From the NCBI RefSeq assembly GCF_009914755.1, contig NC_060931.1: DNA of 64,000 nucleotides; one strand, given 5' to 3'. A program made the position numbers and the translations under genes. Origin of the DNA: the human T2T-CHM13v2.0 reference genome, Homo sapiens. Positions within the stretch are counted from its first letter, which is position 1; each line of letters begins with the position of its first letter. Below are positions 1-19,118 of this stretch, piece by piece. The notes below the pieces were generated by a model, which worked only from the letters and a program-made list of their open reading frames with translations, was not told where the DNA came from and did no database searches.

Positions 1-2806
1 TTAGAAAAACAATTCAGAATATAAATGAAATATTTACCAACGATATAGTTATAATAAAAAAGAACCAAACAGAAATACTGAAACTGAATAATTTATTGAA
101 GGGAATGCAACATAAACATTTGAAAACTTTGGCAATAGTCTACATCAAGCAGAAGAAAGAATTTCAGAACTTGAAGACAGGCCTTCTGAAATAACACAGC
201 CAGACAAAAGTAAAGAAGAATAAAGTAGAATGAATAAAGCTTCTGTGACATATGGGACACCATAAAGTGATCATATATTTGAAATTTTAGTATCCCAGAA
301 GTTGAAGAGTAAACAAAATGGGTAGAAAACTTAATTAACCAAATAATAACTGAAAATTCCCAAGCCTAGCAAGACATTTAGACATCCAGACATAAGAAGC
401 TCAAGAATCCCCAAATACACACAATTCAAAAATACCTTCTTTATGGCACATTATAGTGACACTGTCAAATGTCAAGAAAAACAAGATAATCCTAAAAACA
501 GCAAGAGAAAAGTGTCTAGCCACTAATAAGGGAACCCCCATCAGACTAACAGTAAATTTCTTAGCAGAAACCTTATAAGCCAGGAGAGACTGCGATGACA
601 TATTGAAAGCGCTGAAAGAAAAAAAAAATTTACCAGCCAAGGATACTTACTATACTCAGTGAAGATAGCAAAGATACCCTTCACAAATGAAAATGAAATA
701 ATATCTTTCTCAGACAAGAAAAAGCTGAGAAAATTCATCACCACTAGACCAGTTCAACAAAAAATGCTTAAGGGAATCCTACACATATAAGTGAAAGGAT
801 CATATCTACCTTCATGAAAACACATGAAAATATGCAATCCACTGATAAAGCAAACCTACAAATAGGGAAAAGAAAAAACTCAAATGTTACCACTACAGAA
901 AACCACCAAACCACAATGATAAATAATAAGAGAGAAAGAAAAGGACCAAGGATATACAAAACAACCACAACTCAGTTAATAAAATGACAGAAACAAGCCC
1001 TCACATATCAATAATCACCTTGAATATAAATGAATTGAACTTTCCACTTCAAAGATATAAAAAAGGATTTTTTTTTAAAAAAACGACCCAACTATATGCT
1101 GACTACAAGAAACTCATCTTATCCGTAAAGTCACATATAGACTGAAAGAAAAGGAATGGAAAACTATATTCCATGGAAACGGAATCTAAGATTAAGCAGA
1201 AGTAGCTATACATTAAGTATACTTTAAAACGTACTTTAAGTCAAAAACGGTAATAAGAGACAAAAAAGTCATTATACAATGATAAAAGGATTAATTCAGT
1301 AAGAGGATATAAAAATTCTAAACATACATGAATACAACACTAAAACACCCAGATATTTAAAGCAAATATTATTAAGTTGAAAAGGATAGACTCCAATACT
1401 ATAATAGTCAGATACTCCAACATCCCACTTTCAGTAGTAATCAGGTCACCTAGACAGGAAATTAACAAAGATTTATTGGATTTAAACTGCACTTTAGAAC
1501 AAATGGACCTCAAACACATTTACAGAACATTTTATCCGACAGGTACAGAATACACATTCTTCTCATCAGTACATGGAACATTCTCTAGGACAGATTATAT
1601 GTTGAAACACAAAACAAGTCTCAACCATAAAAAAAATTGAAATCATGTCAAGTATCTGTTCAGACAATGGAATACATCAAAATCAATAACACGAGGAACT
1701 CTGAAAACTGAAAAAAATACATGAAAATTAAACAACATGAAAATCAAAACACAACACACCAAAATCTATGGGATACAACAAATGCAATTCTAAGAGGGAA
1801 TTTTATACCAATTAGCATCTACATCAAAAAAGTAGAAAGATTTCAAATAGACAATCTGATGACGTACCTTGAGGAACTAGGAAAGCAATAATAAACCAGA
1901 TTCAAAATTGGTAGAAGAGAAAAAATGATAAAGATCAGAGCAGAACTAAACAAAATGGAGACTAAAAAAGTTACAAATGGTCAATGAAACAAAAAATTGT
2001 TTTTTGAGAAGATAAACAAAATCAATAAACTGCTACCCAACTAACCAAGAAAATAAAAGCAAAGACTCAAATTTTTAAAAATCAGAAAAAAAACCAGGAG
2101 GCATTGCAACTGGTACCACAGAAATACAAAAAATCATCGGAGACTTATGAACAAGTATACATTAACAAACTAGAAGATCTAGAGGAAATACATACACTCC
2201 TGAACATATTCAACATATCAATATTGAACTGGGAAGAAATAGAAACCTGAACAAACCAATAATCAGAATAATCAGATTGACTCAGCAATAAAAAGACTCC
2301 CAAAAAAAGAAAAGTCCAGGACTGATGGCTTCATTGAATAATTCTATCAACCTTACAAAGAACTAACACCAATTCTCCCTATTCCAAAAAAAATGGAGAG
2401 AAGGGGATTCTCCCCATTCATTCTATGAGACTAGTATTACCCTGATGTCAAAACCGGGCAAGGATGCAATGAAGAAAAGAAAAATACAAGCCAACATCCC
2501 TTTTGAACATAGACACAAAACTCCTCAACAAAATACTAGCAAACTGAATGCAACAGTACATCAAAAAGATAGTACACCATGATCAAGCGGGATTTATCCC
2601 AGGGATGCAAAAATGTTTTGACATACACAAATAACTAAATGTAATACATCACATCAGTAGGACAAAGGACAAAAACCACATGATCATCTCCATAGATGCA
2701 GAAAAAGAATTTGATAAAATTCAACATTTCTTCATGATGAAAACTCTTAACAAACAAGGCACAGAAGGAAATACCTAACATAATAGAAGCCGTATATGAC
2801 AAATCC

Positions 2807-3214
2807 ATGGCTGATATTATACTGCTTGGGGAAAAGCTAAAAATCTTTCCTCTAAGAACTGAAACTAGACAAGAATACACATTTTCACTACTCTTATTCA
2901 ACATACTACTGGAATTCCTAGACAGAGCAATCAGGCAAGAGAAAGCAATAAAAAGTATGCAAATTGGAAACAAAGAAATTAAATTGTCCTTCACAGATGA
3001 CATGATCTTACCTCTACAAAAACTTAAAGACTCCACCAACAAACTCTTAGATCTGATAATTAAATTCAGTAATGTTGCAGGATGTAAAACCAACATACAA
3101 AAATCAGTAGCATTTCTATACATCAATAATGAACTAGCTGAGAAAGAAACCAAGAAGGTAATTCCATTTACATATCTACCAAAAAAAACCCTTCCGAGTA
3201 ATATATTTAACTAA
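2807..3214 (+). pseudogene. L1 ORF2 reverse transcriptase fragment (non-functional)
   Basis: Translation FPLRTETRQE..LLFNILLEFL..KLSFTDDMIL matches the L1 ORF2 RT core (FADD motif decayed to FTDD). Confidence 0.9.
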
Positions 3215-3785
3215 TGAGATGAAAGAGCTCTACAAGTAAAACTATAATACAAAATGCCAATGAAAAATTTGAAGAGGATGCAAACAAATGGAAAGACATC
3301 TCATGTTTATGAATTGGAATAATTAATATCATTAAAATGGCTATACTGCCCAAAGCAATCTATAGATTCAAAACAATCCCTATCAAAATATCAATGCCAC
3401 TTTTCTTAGAAATAGAAAAGCAATTCTAAAGTTCATGTGGAACCAAAAAAGAGCCTAAGTAGCCAAAGTATTTCTGAGCAAAAATAATAAAGCTAAAGGC
3501 ATTACACTACCTGACTTTGAAATATATTTCAAGACTATGGTAACCAAAAAAGCATGGTACACATCAATGGAACAGAATAGAGAACACAGAAATAAACCTA
3601 TGTATTTACAGCCAACTGATTTTTGACAAAGTCAACGAAAACAGGCACTAGGGAAAGAACATGGTCTTCAATAAATGGTGCTGGGAAAATTGGATATCCA
3701 TAGGCAGATGAATGAAACTGGACCCCTATCTTTCACCATATACAAAAATCAACTCAAGATAGATTAATGACTTAAAAGTGAGACA

Positions 3786-3914
3786 CTGGACACAGTGTCT
3801 CACGACTATAATCTCAACACTTTGGGAGGCCAAGGTAGGAAGATCACTTGAAGCCAGGAGTTTGATACCAGCCTGGGCAAATAACAAGAACCCAACTCTA
3901 CAAAAAAAAATTAA
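3786..3914 (+). mobile_element. FLAM / Alu left monomer inserted in L1
   Basis: Left-arm sequence plus A-tail; TSD taaaagtgagac (3773-3784) / taaaagtaagac (3915-3926). Confidence 0.85.
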
Positions 3915-4993
3915 TAAAAGTAAGACTCAAAACTATAAAAATACTAGAAGAAAACATAGGGGAGATACTCCAGGACATTGTTCTGGGCAAATTCTATGAA
4001 AAAGGTGATGGCTAAGGAAACAATCAACAGAGTGAAGAGACAATCTACAAAATGGGCAAAAATATTTGCAAACTATGAATCTGACAAGGGATTAATATCC
4101 AGAATATATAAGGAACTCAAACACCACAACAGCAAAAAAACAAAAACAAAAACAAAACAAAACACAAATAATATGGCTGATTTAAAAATCAGTAAAAGAT
4201 CTAAACAGAGATTTCTCAAATGAAGACACACAAGTGGCCAATAAGTTCATGAGAACATGCTCACCATCACTAACCATTAGGGAAAGGCAAATCAAAACCA
4301 AAGTGAGATATCACTCACCCTGGTTAAAATGTCTATCATAAAAAATAAACAAAATAAGAAGTGCTAGCAAGGATGCAGAGAAAGGGAAACTCTTATATAC
4401 TATTGAAGGGAATGCAAAACTACACTTACGAGCAACAGTAAGGAGGTTTCTCAGAAAATTAAAAATAGAACTATCATATTATCCAACAATCCTACTAGTG
4501 TGTATATATCCAAAGGAAATGAAATCAGTATGTTGAAGAGATAATGCAGTCCCATGTTCATTGTAGCATTATTCACACTAACCAAGCTATGGAATCAACG
4601 TAAGTGTCCACCAATGGCTGACTGGATAAAGAAAATGTTGCATATGTGCATAATGGAATACTATTCAGCCATAAAAAAGATGAAATCCTGTTATTTGTAA
4701 CAACATGAATGAACCTAGAAAACAATTACGTTAATGAAATAGGCCAAGCACATAAGGACAAATGTTGTATGATCTCACTCATGTGTAGAATCTAAAAAAA
4801 TATTGATCTCATAGAAGCATATAAAAGAACAGTGGTTACCAGAGACTGGCGAGTGTAGGTGAGGAGAGGGAAAGAAAGAGAAGTTGGTCAATGAGCACAA
4901 AGTTACAGTTAGACAGGAGAAATAAATTCTGGTGTGCTGTTGCACAGCAGAGTGACTATAGTGGACAATACTGTATGGTACACTTCAAAGTAA

Positions 4994-5262
<269 letters not shown>

Positions 5263-6019
5263 TTAAGTGTTCTTACTACAAAGAAATGGCAGGCATTTGA
5301 GATGATCAATATGCTAACCATTCTGATTTGATCATTACATAATGTACAGCAAACATCACACTACATCTCATAAATATATATAATTATTATGTGACAATGA
5401 AAAACAAAATAAAACTTATTACAAAAAAGGAGTATGATTTGACTGCCACCCCTGTCCCCGACTTATTTCTCCTGGTGCCTTATACCTGGTTTATCTCCTC
5501 TCCTGCTGGTGTTGGTTGTTTCTAGCAGTTGTGGCTGCTGCAGCTGGAGGTGGGCTTGCCTGGGCAGAGGTAGGAATATCTATAGGCATCCCTGGAGGCA
5601 GTATCTGACTTCATCCAGAGGTTCCAGAAACTGGACACTGAGCTACAATTCATTGTCCTAATATCCCCCACTGGGAACCAGCTGGAGAGGTAGTATGTAT
5701 ACCCTTCTATCCCAAATAGCCCCTTCTCCATTCTATCAACTTTCTCTTATTCCAGCCCTCTGACATCCTTTCTTTAGATGCCCTAGAGCAAACCACTTCA
5801 AAGAGACTCCAGGGAGAAAGAAGACATCCACACTACATTGATTAATTGGCTTTAAATGAAAAATAACAAATCACTATCCTTAAAGTGAACTTACATAGAT
5901 AAGTCTTATCTTAACAACAACAGAAAAAGATTTACTTCTTTTCTCGGTCAAATGAAGATTGACTTCCTCATTTTCTCAAAGGGACCTTTAATTAAAACTG
6001 ATTTGAGCAAAGGATGGGA

Positions 6020-6250
6020 GCAAATGTTTACTGATTTCCCACTCTGTGCCAGACATTGTGTTAAGCTCTTATGTAATCCCATCCCATGGGGTATGTGTTT
6101 TTACCTCCAGTTTATGGGTGAGGAAACTGAGGCCCAGAGAAGGTCAATGACTTGGCCTTGTTCATCCAGATGGCGATTGAAGGGGAAGGAATTGAGACTT
6201 TGCTGGGCTTGGCTCCAAAACAAAGACTGCTTCCAGGCCATTATGCTGTA
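6020..6250 (-). mobile_element. MIR
   Basis: MIR core gaggaaactgaggcccagaga..tgacttgg. Confidence 0.7.
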
Positions 6251-6848
6251 GATCTCTGGTACAGGATGATCTATAGGGCAGACCTGGCAAAATAAATATG
6301 TTACATCGTAAACATCAGACAAGTCAGATATTTGTCAAAGCAAACAAATTCTAATGTGAGGTGAAACAGGAGAGATCCTCTTGTCTCTGAATCTCCATAC
6401 TACCCTTGAGTGAACAAAGTAATTATTGGTTGAGGCAAAATCATGGCATCTGTATAACTCATTAGCTCTTATTTGTTTAAAGTCTGATGGTGTATGACAA
6501 AAGAATTTGTTCCAGATGTCAAATCAGCACAATAGAGCCTAACAGTCTGTGTTAGAAAAGCTCCAATGCAGAAGACTCAGGAGGCTACCGAGGCAAAAAG
6601 AGCAGCTGGTCAAAACCGGTAGAACCTCTCGGAGAGTCCCCACCTCCGGTCCAGGGAAATCGCCACATCCCACCCACCCCTCAATCCAAGTTCTGTCCCT
6701 CCTCAGCCATCAATTATTTGCCTATGACTCTGAATGTTAATGCTTTTTCCATTCTCTGAAGTTAAGGTATTTAAAAGGATTATTAAGGTACATACTCTTT
6801 AGCGTTTGATGCTGGAAAAACATCTTATCTGAAAAAAATATGTATACA

Positions 6849-7937
<1,089 letters not shown>

Positions 7938-8082
7938 TACATATGTCTATATTTTTTAATTGCGTAAGTTAAATGACCAAATTCAGTATGTTTTGCTCAC
8001 TGCTTGTCAGAAAGCTCAGTGCCCACTTTTCTACTCAAGTGCAAAGTGCAGCATTGCCTAATTTCCTCATAAAATTATATGC

Positions 8083-9027
<945 letters not shown>

Positions 9028-9187
9028 TATGCCCACCCTGTTATATGTCTTCTTTTATCACTATTTAAGTTTTCCTCTATTGTTTGTATGAATTGTTATT
9101 CCTTTTATCCTAGTTTATTGTTTCCTTAGTAATTATGACCACCTGGCATATTATTTATTTGTAAATCAGTTTGTTATCTATCTTCTA

Positions 9188-10313
9188 ACTTAAATGTAAA
9201 ACCCCAAACTATAAAAATCCTGGAAGAAAACCTAGGCAGTATCATCCTGGACCTAGGAATGGGCAAATATTTCATGACAAAGACATCAAAAGCAATCACA
9301 ATGAAAACAAAAATTGGCAAGTGGGATCTAATTAAACTTAAGAGCTTCTGCACAGCAAAAGAAACTATCAACAGAGTAAACAGACAACCTACAGAATGGG
9401 AGACAATATTTGCAAACTATGTATCTGACAAAGATCTAATATCCAGCATCTATAAGGAATTTAAACAAATTTACAAGAGAAACCACCCCATTGAAAAGTG
9501 GGCAAAGGACATGAACAGACATTTTTCAAAAGAAGACATACATGCGGTCAAGAAGCATTTAAAAAAAGCTCAATATCACTGATCATTTGAGAAATGCAAA
9601 TCAAAACCACAATGAGATACCATCTGAAACCAATCAGATTATTAAAATGTCAAAAAATAACAGATGCTGGCAAGGTTGTGGAGAAAAGGGAACACTTACA
9701 CACTGTTGGTAGAAGTATAAATTAGTTCAACAATTGTGGAAAGCAGTGTGGCAATTCCTCAAAGAGCTAAAAGCTGAACTACCATTCAACCCAGCAATCC
9801 CATTACTGGGTATATACCCAGAGGAATATAGATCTTTCTACCATAAAGACACATGCATGCAAATGTTTGTTGCAGCACTGTTTACAATAGCAAAGACATG
9901 TTATCAACCTAAATGCCCATCAATGACAAATTGGATAAAGAAAATGTGGTATATATACACCAGGGAATACTATGCAGCCATAAAAAAGAATGAGCTCATG
10001 TTATTTGCAGGAACATGGATGAAGCTGGAGGCCATTACCCAGGAACAGTAAACCAAATACTGCAGGTTCTCACTTGTAAGTAGGAGATTAATGTTGAGAA
10101 CCCATGAACACAAAGAGAAGAACAACAGACACTGGGGTCTCCTTGAGGGTAGCAGGTGGGAGGAGGGAGAGGAGTAGAAAAGATAGCTATTGGGTACTGA
10201 GCTTAATATCCAAGTGATGTAATAATCTGCCAAACAAACCCTTGAGACACGAGTTTACCTGTGTAACAAACTTTCACATGTACTCCCGAACCAAAAAAAT
10301 TTTTTTTAAAAAG
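9188..10313 (+). mobile_element. L1PA (old, PA13-16-like) 3' fragment
   Basis: ORFs 9259-9582 and 9734-10051 match the L1 ORF2 C-terminus ([25 protein letters not shown]); L1PA 3' UTR and tail. Confidence 0.93.
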
Positions 10314-10373
10314 AATTCCCATTAAAAGTATGCAAGGTGGAGACAACCATACACCTCACATTCATAAGCCTTA

Positions 10374-10853
<480 letters not shown>

Positions 10854-11834
10854 TTACTGGTTGCAATTGCTCAGGATCCTCTGATCTTTTTCTCCCGTTA
10901 CAGCTCATCTAGTTTCCTCCCCCTTTATTTTAATTTTGTCCATTTTTTTACTTTCACCATAGCTCTTCTTTAGACTTTGTGTCCTTTCAGCTTGTTGACT
11001 TGATTTCCTTGCTTGACGCTGTTTTCTCTACGAAGAACTTGGGAGAGAAATTAACCATTTGACCAGCTTACTCTTGAGTGTTGCCTATAAAACTCCTGAA
11101 TTTTTTACCCCAGGAGTCCTCTGAGAAGGAAGGCTTGGTGTGTGTGCAATATTCACAACCCTACCCGCATTGACCTGCACTCACCAAGTCCCTGGGAACC
11201 TGAACTTCTCAGTTCTCTCCTTTTTCTGCCTGGGTCCAGCATGGTTGGGGAGGCCCTTTGGCAGCTATTAAAGTGTTTCTGGTATTAGTGACAGTGCCAT
11301 TCATCTGTCACCAGCTTTATGACTTGATTGTGTGATTTCTGTTTTGTAAGTTTTCTTCTTTCTCCATAACTACCTTAATTTGGCCAAAACAAGAAGGGAT
11401 ATTCTATGAACTACATTCTCAGCCTATTAATAACTCATGTAAGGGTGCCCACATTTTTCTGCGAATAAATAGTTACCTATACTAAAGAAATTAAGACAAG
11501 TTGCCAAGACTAGGCTGAACAACCATTCTATGACCAACCCCTATTTATTGTTTTCTGCTATTGACATGGGCCAAGTCTTCAATCTTCTCCTCCCCTTGGG
11601 TTGGCACAGCTTCAGCCATCATTTCGAAAGCCCTCACTGGCACTTAGAATGTTTAGTAGATCCTCTTTAAAATAAAACAACTTTCTCTAATTTTCCATAG
11701 TTATAGGGTGACATGATCCATCCCTCACCAATATCAAATATGAAATAATGCCCTTATTGTGTGACACATACAAGCATTGATCCTTCATTTTTGTGCTTTG
11801 TTCTCCCTCATCTGTGAGGGCTGTCTTTCTGACA

Positions 11835-13090
<1,256 letters not shown>

Positions 13091-13129
13091 AGTGGAACCC
13101 CTCTAAGCAGTCACCCCAACATTCTAGAG

Positions 13130-13641
13130 CAGAGGTCCCCAATCTTTTTGGCACCAGGGACTGGTTTTGTCAAACACAATATTTCTATGAACTAGGGGTA
13201 AGGATGGTTTTGGGATAATTCAAGTGCATTATGATTACTGTGCACTTTATTTCTATTATTAATACATTGTAGTATGTAACAAAATAATTATACAACTCAC
13301 TATCATGTGGAATCAGTGGCAGCTGTGAGTTCGTTTTCCTCCCATTTGGGGGTGATGGGAAACCGTGACAGATCATCAGGCATTAGATTCTCATCAGGGG
13401 TGCGCAACCTAGATACCTCACGTGCACAGTTCACAATAGGGTTCATGCTCCTGTGAGAATCTAATGCCATCACTGATCTGACAGGAAGCAGAGCTCAGGC
13501 AGTAATGAGACTGGTGTGGTGCAGCTGAAAATACAGATGAAGCTTCCCTTGCCTGCCACTCACTTCCTGCTGTGCAGCCCGGTTCCTAACAGGCCACGGA
13601 GGATCGGTTGCAGTCTATGGCCTGGGGGTTGGGGACCCCTG
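13130..13641. mobile_element. MER1A (hAT-Charlie DNA transposon)
   Basis: TIRs cagaggtccccaa / ttggggacccctg; 8-bp TSD ttctagag / tgttagag; ~510 bp. Confidence 0.9.
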
Positions 13642-14074
13642 TGTTAGAGGATTCCATGGCTTTCAGTTTCAGTCTTGTTGGAGCTGCCTGCATTATTATA
13701 TCTTCCCAGCCCAGGCATTCACTGATAGAAGAAGATGTTGCCCTCCAGCTAGGTCTGCTCAATACCTATTGTTGAACTGAAGTGGTTTGTGTAGCTGACT
13801 TGCAGCCTGTCTCCATCAGCTCAAATGCTCACACACGTTTTCCAACCTTAGAGCCTTTTTATTTTCCCTTTCACACCTCCCCTGCTTCTCTTCAATTCTC
13901 CAAGCACAGTTATCTGAACTTGGCTATTGCAAAGATTTTATTCTGTGTCTTCAGGATATCTGTGCTGCTTCAATCAGTCCGAACCTCCTTTGTCCAAGGC
14001 TGACCCTCCCTGCTCTCCAACCCCTCCTCTCAATTCTCTTCCCTTAACTCCTTCCTTTGCCAATACTATGCATT

Positions 14075-15012
14075 TCTCAGCCAGGTGAGGCTAAGTGCTA
14101 TATAGCACACAAACCCCAAGACTCAGTGGCTTAAACCCAGATCACAGCCCAATATGTATTCATGGGGTTGTCAATGGAAAGAGTCAAACTCTAAAATATT
14201 TGAAGAGATCTCTTCTGAGCCAAATGTGACTGACCATTGGCCTGTTGACATAGTCCTCAGGAGATCCTCAGAACATGTGCCCAGGGTGGCTGGTCCACAA
14301 CTAGGTTTCTTAACATTTTAGGGAGATAAGTAAGGCATCAATCATACACAGAAGATGTACATTGATTCAGTCCAGAAAGGCTGAACAAACGGAAGTGGGG
14401 GCTTCCAAGTTGCGAGTAGATTCAAAGATTTTTGGATTGGCAGTTGGTTGAAAGAGTTATTATCAATAGAAAGGAATGTCTGGGTTAGGGTTACAGTAGG
14501 GGGTTGTGGAGACTGAGGTTTTATGATGTAGATGAAGCCTCCAGGTAGCAGGCTTCAGAGACAATAGATTGCAAATATTTATCAGACTGAAAGAGTCTGT
14601 TTTATAAGTAATTCCAAAGGGGCGGCGGGTATAATGAGGCACATCTGGCTCCCCCTTCCCATCATGTCCTGAACTAGTTTTATCAGGTTAACTTTGGAAT
14701 GCCCTTGTTGGAGAGCAGGGGTCCATTCAGGTGGTTTGGGGAAGACCTTAGAATTTTTTGTTTGTTTGTTTACAGGGTCATTCAAGGACCCACACTCTAC
14801 TATCCCCTAGAACCCCAGAGTTCTCTACTGGATATTCTGCAGTTGTCTAGAGATCTGAGGGTTAGAGAGGCATGCAGTGTGCATCATTCTGTTCATATTC
14901 CATTGTTCAGAACTCAGCCACCGGCACTTTCCACTGCAAGGGAAGCTGGGAGGGTTCTCTTGCTCTGTGCCCAGGAGGAAAAGAAAGTGAGCGTAGAGCA
15001 GTCTTTGCCACA
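14075..15012 (-). mobile_element. MLT1 (J/K-like) MaLR LTR, split by a MER4 LTR
   Basis: aaaccccaagactcagtggcttaaac end; ccattgttcagaactcag..gctgggag..tgccaca other end. Confidence 0.6.
14169..14774 (-). mobile_element. ERV1 solo LTR, MER4A/MER4B-like
   Basis: TG...CA termini, TSD GGGT (14165-14168 / 14775-14778); shares 3' end with the LTR at 6849-7937 in opposite orientation. Confidence 0.88.
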
Positions 15013-15167
15013 ATCAAAGTCACAGGATATATTGAACAATACCTTATACTTTTTTTTTTTAACATCCTGGGATTATTTTGTGGTTAGAGGGACTAAGCTA
15101 GAGGAAAGAATGGGGTGCATTTAATATTGGAAAGTCAGTTACTTCATAGTTGTAGTGGGTTTATTAG

Positions 15168-15745
<578 letters not shown>

Positions 15746-15950
15746 CCTAGGATTTATGGATATGGCAATTGTGCCTATTCACAGCTGGGATATTCTGCCC
15801 TAAAATGGGATGTAGTTAGCCAAGGCATTTTCTTGGAGGCTAAAATATATGTGAGAAGATGTGAGTGTCCCATCCACGAGCACTGAGATATGCTGTATTT
15901 TTACAGCCCACGTGTAGGAGGAGCCCATTCTCCTACTTTTCCGTCTCTTT

Positions 15951-16130
15951 ATTTTTAAAATTTATATTATTTGTATTTTGAAAATAGAGATGGGGTCTCA
16001 ATGTGTTGCTCAGGCTGGTCTCGAACTCCTGGGCTAAAGTGATTTTCCCATCTCAGCCTCTCAAAGTGCTGGCATTACAGACATGAGCTTTTAATTAATT
16101 TCATTTAATTAAGATGAAAGGTGCCTAGCC
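15951..16130 (-). mobile_element. FLAM / Alu left monomer carrying a 32-bp insertion
   Basis: Left-arm sequence only; TSD-like ttttc(c/a)gtct. Confidence 0.8.
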
Positions 16131-16279
16131 TTTTCAGTCTTTTTCTCACACAAATGGTTACAAAGAACACATGGTGTTTAGCAGTTTGCCCTTTAAATTA
16201 TATCTGTTGACCCTGAGGGGTATTAAAGGGGAATCAGAATGCTTCACCTTCCAGTTTCTATGCTCTTTCTCCATCTCAG

Positions 16280-16990
16280 CATTTCAACAATAAGAGATGT
16301 TTAATGAGCAACTACTATGTGCCAGCCATTTTTTTTGGGGGGTACCGAGGATTGGAGAAGATGGAGGCAACATGACAACTAAATGCAATGCATGCTCCTG
16401 GATGGCATTTTGGATCCTCAAGGAAAAGAGGCATCATGGAGCAATAAACCAAGCATATCAAGTGCCCACCTCTGTGTGGCCAATAGGTAATTACCTAGTA
16501 TGATGTTGGCTGCTTATGAGTGCCGCAAAGAAAATAGCTAGAAACAAGGGTAGCCAGGGGCATTCTTTCCTAAGGATATTTAAGCTAAGACATGAATGGC
16601 ACGAGATAATCCACCCTTTTAAAATGTGGGGTTAGAGGTTGGGTGTGGTAGCTCACACTTGTAATCCTAGCACTTTGGGAGGCCAAGGCAAGAGGATTGC
16701 TTGAGGCCAGGAGTTTGAGACCAGCCTGGGGTAACATAGGGAGACCCCATCTCTACAAAAAATAAATAAATAAATAAATAAATTTATACAGGTGTGGTGG
16801 TAAATGCCTATAGTCCCAGCTACCTGAGGGGCTCAGGTGCGAGGATCACTTGATCCAGGGAGGTTGAGGCTGCAGTGAGTCATGACTGCACTACTACATT
16901 TCAGATTGGGTGACAGAGCAAGACTGTATTAAAACAATGTGGGGTGAGACAATTCAGGGAGGAAGAATAGCATGTTCAAAAACCCTGAGC
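16280..16990 (-). mobile_element. L2 relic (interrupted)
   Basis: atgtttaatgagcaactactatgtgccag terminus; ggaagaatagcatgttcaaaaaccctgag. Confidence 0.5.
16637..16935 (+). mobile_element. AluJ
   Basis: J-type diagnostics; TSD aatgtggggt(t/g)aga. Confidence 0.92.
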
Positions 16991-17052
16991 CAACAAATTC
17001 TTCTCTGTTGATAATTATACCATTTTCTTTTTATTTACATTGTCCCCCCCCC

Positions 17053-17397
<345 letters not shown>

Positions 17398-17560
17398 TGA
17401 AATTATTACAAATGTATAGAAGTTACAAGTACAGTTCAAGTTATTCCCATAACTGCTTCATCCATATTTCCCAGCTGTTAACCATCTTATTGCATTTTTA
17501 CATATCTTCCTCCCTCTCTTGTCCCCACTCTCCCTCCCTTGCTCTTATTCTTTCTCTTTT

Positions 17561-17595
17561 CACACACACACACACACACATGCACACACACACAC
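17561..17595. repeat. (CA)n microsatellite
   Basis: Direct observation. Confidence 0.95.
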
Positions 17596-18066
17596 TAGTC
17601 TTTTCCTTCACCACTTGAGCTAGCTGTGGGAACAGTATACCTTCACTTGTAAACACTTCCGTGTGCATTCTCTAAAACAAAGATCTCTCATGCAAGCTTC
17701 TAAGTCAGGAAGTCAACATTTTCACTATGCTCCCATCCAATCCATTTAGAGCCCATTCAAATTTTACCAACTCTCTCAATGATGTGTCTTTTTCCCTTGG
17801 GGTCCAAGATGCCATCTGGGAAAATGTATTGCATCTATTCTAGTTGTCATGTCTCCTAGTGTCCTCCAACCTGGACCAATTCCTTAATCTTTCCTGTCAC
17901 TTATGTCCCCAACAATTTTAAAGAATACAAGCCTCCTATTCTGTGGGATGACGCTGAGTGTGGGTCCATCTGATGTCTCTCTGTGACCAGACTCAGATCA
18001 AGGATTCCTGGTAGGGATGTCACTGACATCATACTGTGTTCTCTGCATTAAGAGTGCACGATGTCA

Positions 18067-18360
18067 GCCAGGCGCAGTGGCTCACGCCTGTAATCCCAGC
18101 ACTTTGGGAGGCCAAGGCGGGCGGATTACCTGAGGTCGGGAGTTCAAGACCAGCCTGTCCAACATGGTGAAACCCCGTCTCTACTAAAAATACAAAAATT
18201 AGCCTGGCATGGTGGCACACGCCTGTAATCCCAGCTACTTGGGAGGCTGAGGCAGGAGAATTGCTTGAGCCTGGAGGCAGAGGTTGCAGTGAGCTGAGAT
18301 CGTGCCACTGCACTCCAGCCTGGCCGACAGAGCGAGATTCTGTCTCAAAAAAAAAAAAGA
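18067..18360 (+). mobile_element. AluSx-like
   Basis: Full dimer; perfect TSD agtgcacgatgtca. Confidence 0.96.
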
Positions 18361-18624
18361 AGTGCACGATGTCAATCTGTACCACCCACCGCTGGTGACA
18401 CTAATTTCCAGTCACCTGGTCATGCTGGAATCTCCCGGTTTTCTCCACCAGAAGGACACTAGTTTTGCTCTTGCAATTGGTTATTGTTTTGTGGGAGCAT
18501 ATTCTGAGATCATGCCAGCATCCTGTACATCATCAACATACCATCCGCCTGCCTTAGCATGCCTGAATGTGCGACCACAGGTCCACTATGGCCAAAGGCC
18601 ACTACAATGGTTGCCAAATGGTGA

Positions 18625-18978
<354 letters not shown>

Positions 18979-19054
18979 TAGCTGAACTTTTATTATAAGG
19001 AAGAGCTTCTCTTTCTTCCTCTGTTTATTTATATCAGAATGAACCCAGATTCTT

Positions 19055-19118
19055 TTTTTTTTTTTTTTTTGAGATGGAGTCTCACTCTGTCGCCCAGGCT
19101 GCAGTGCAGTGGCACGAT
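19055..19118 (-). mobile_element. Severely 5'-truncated Alu (last ~48 nt plus tail)
   Basis: Poly-T + gagatggagtctcactctgtcgcccaggct..ggcacgat; TSD-like ccca(ga)gattctt. Confidence 0.85.
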
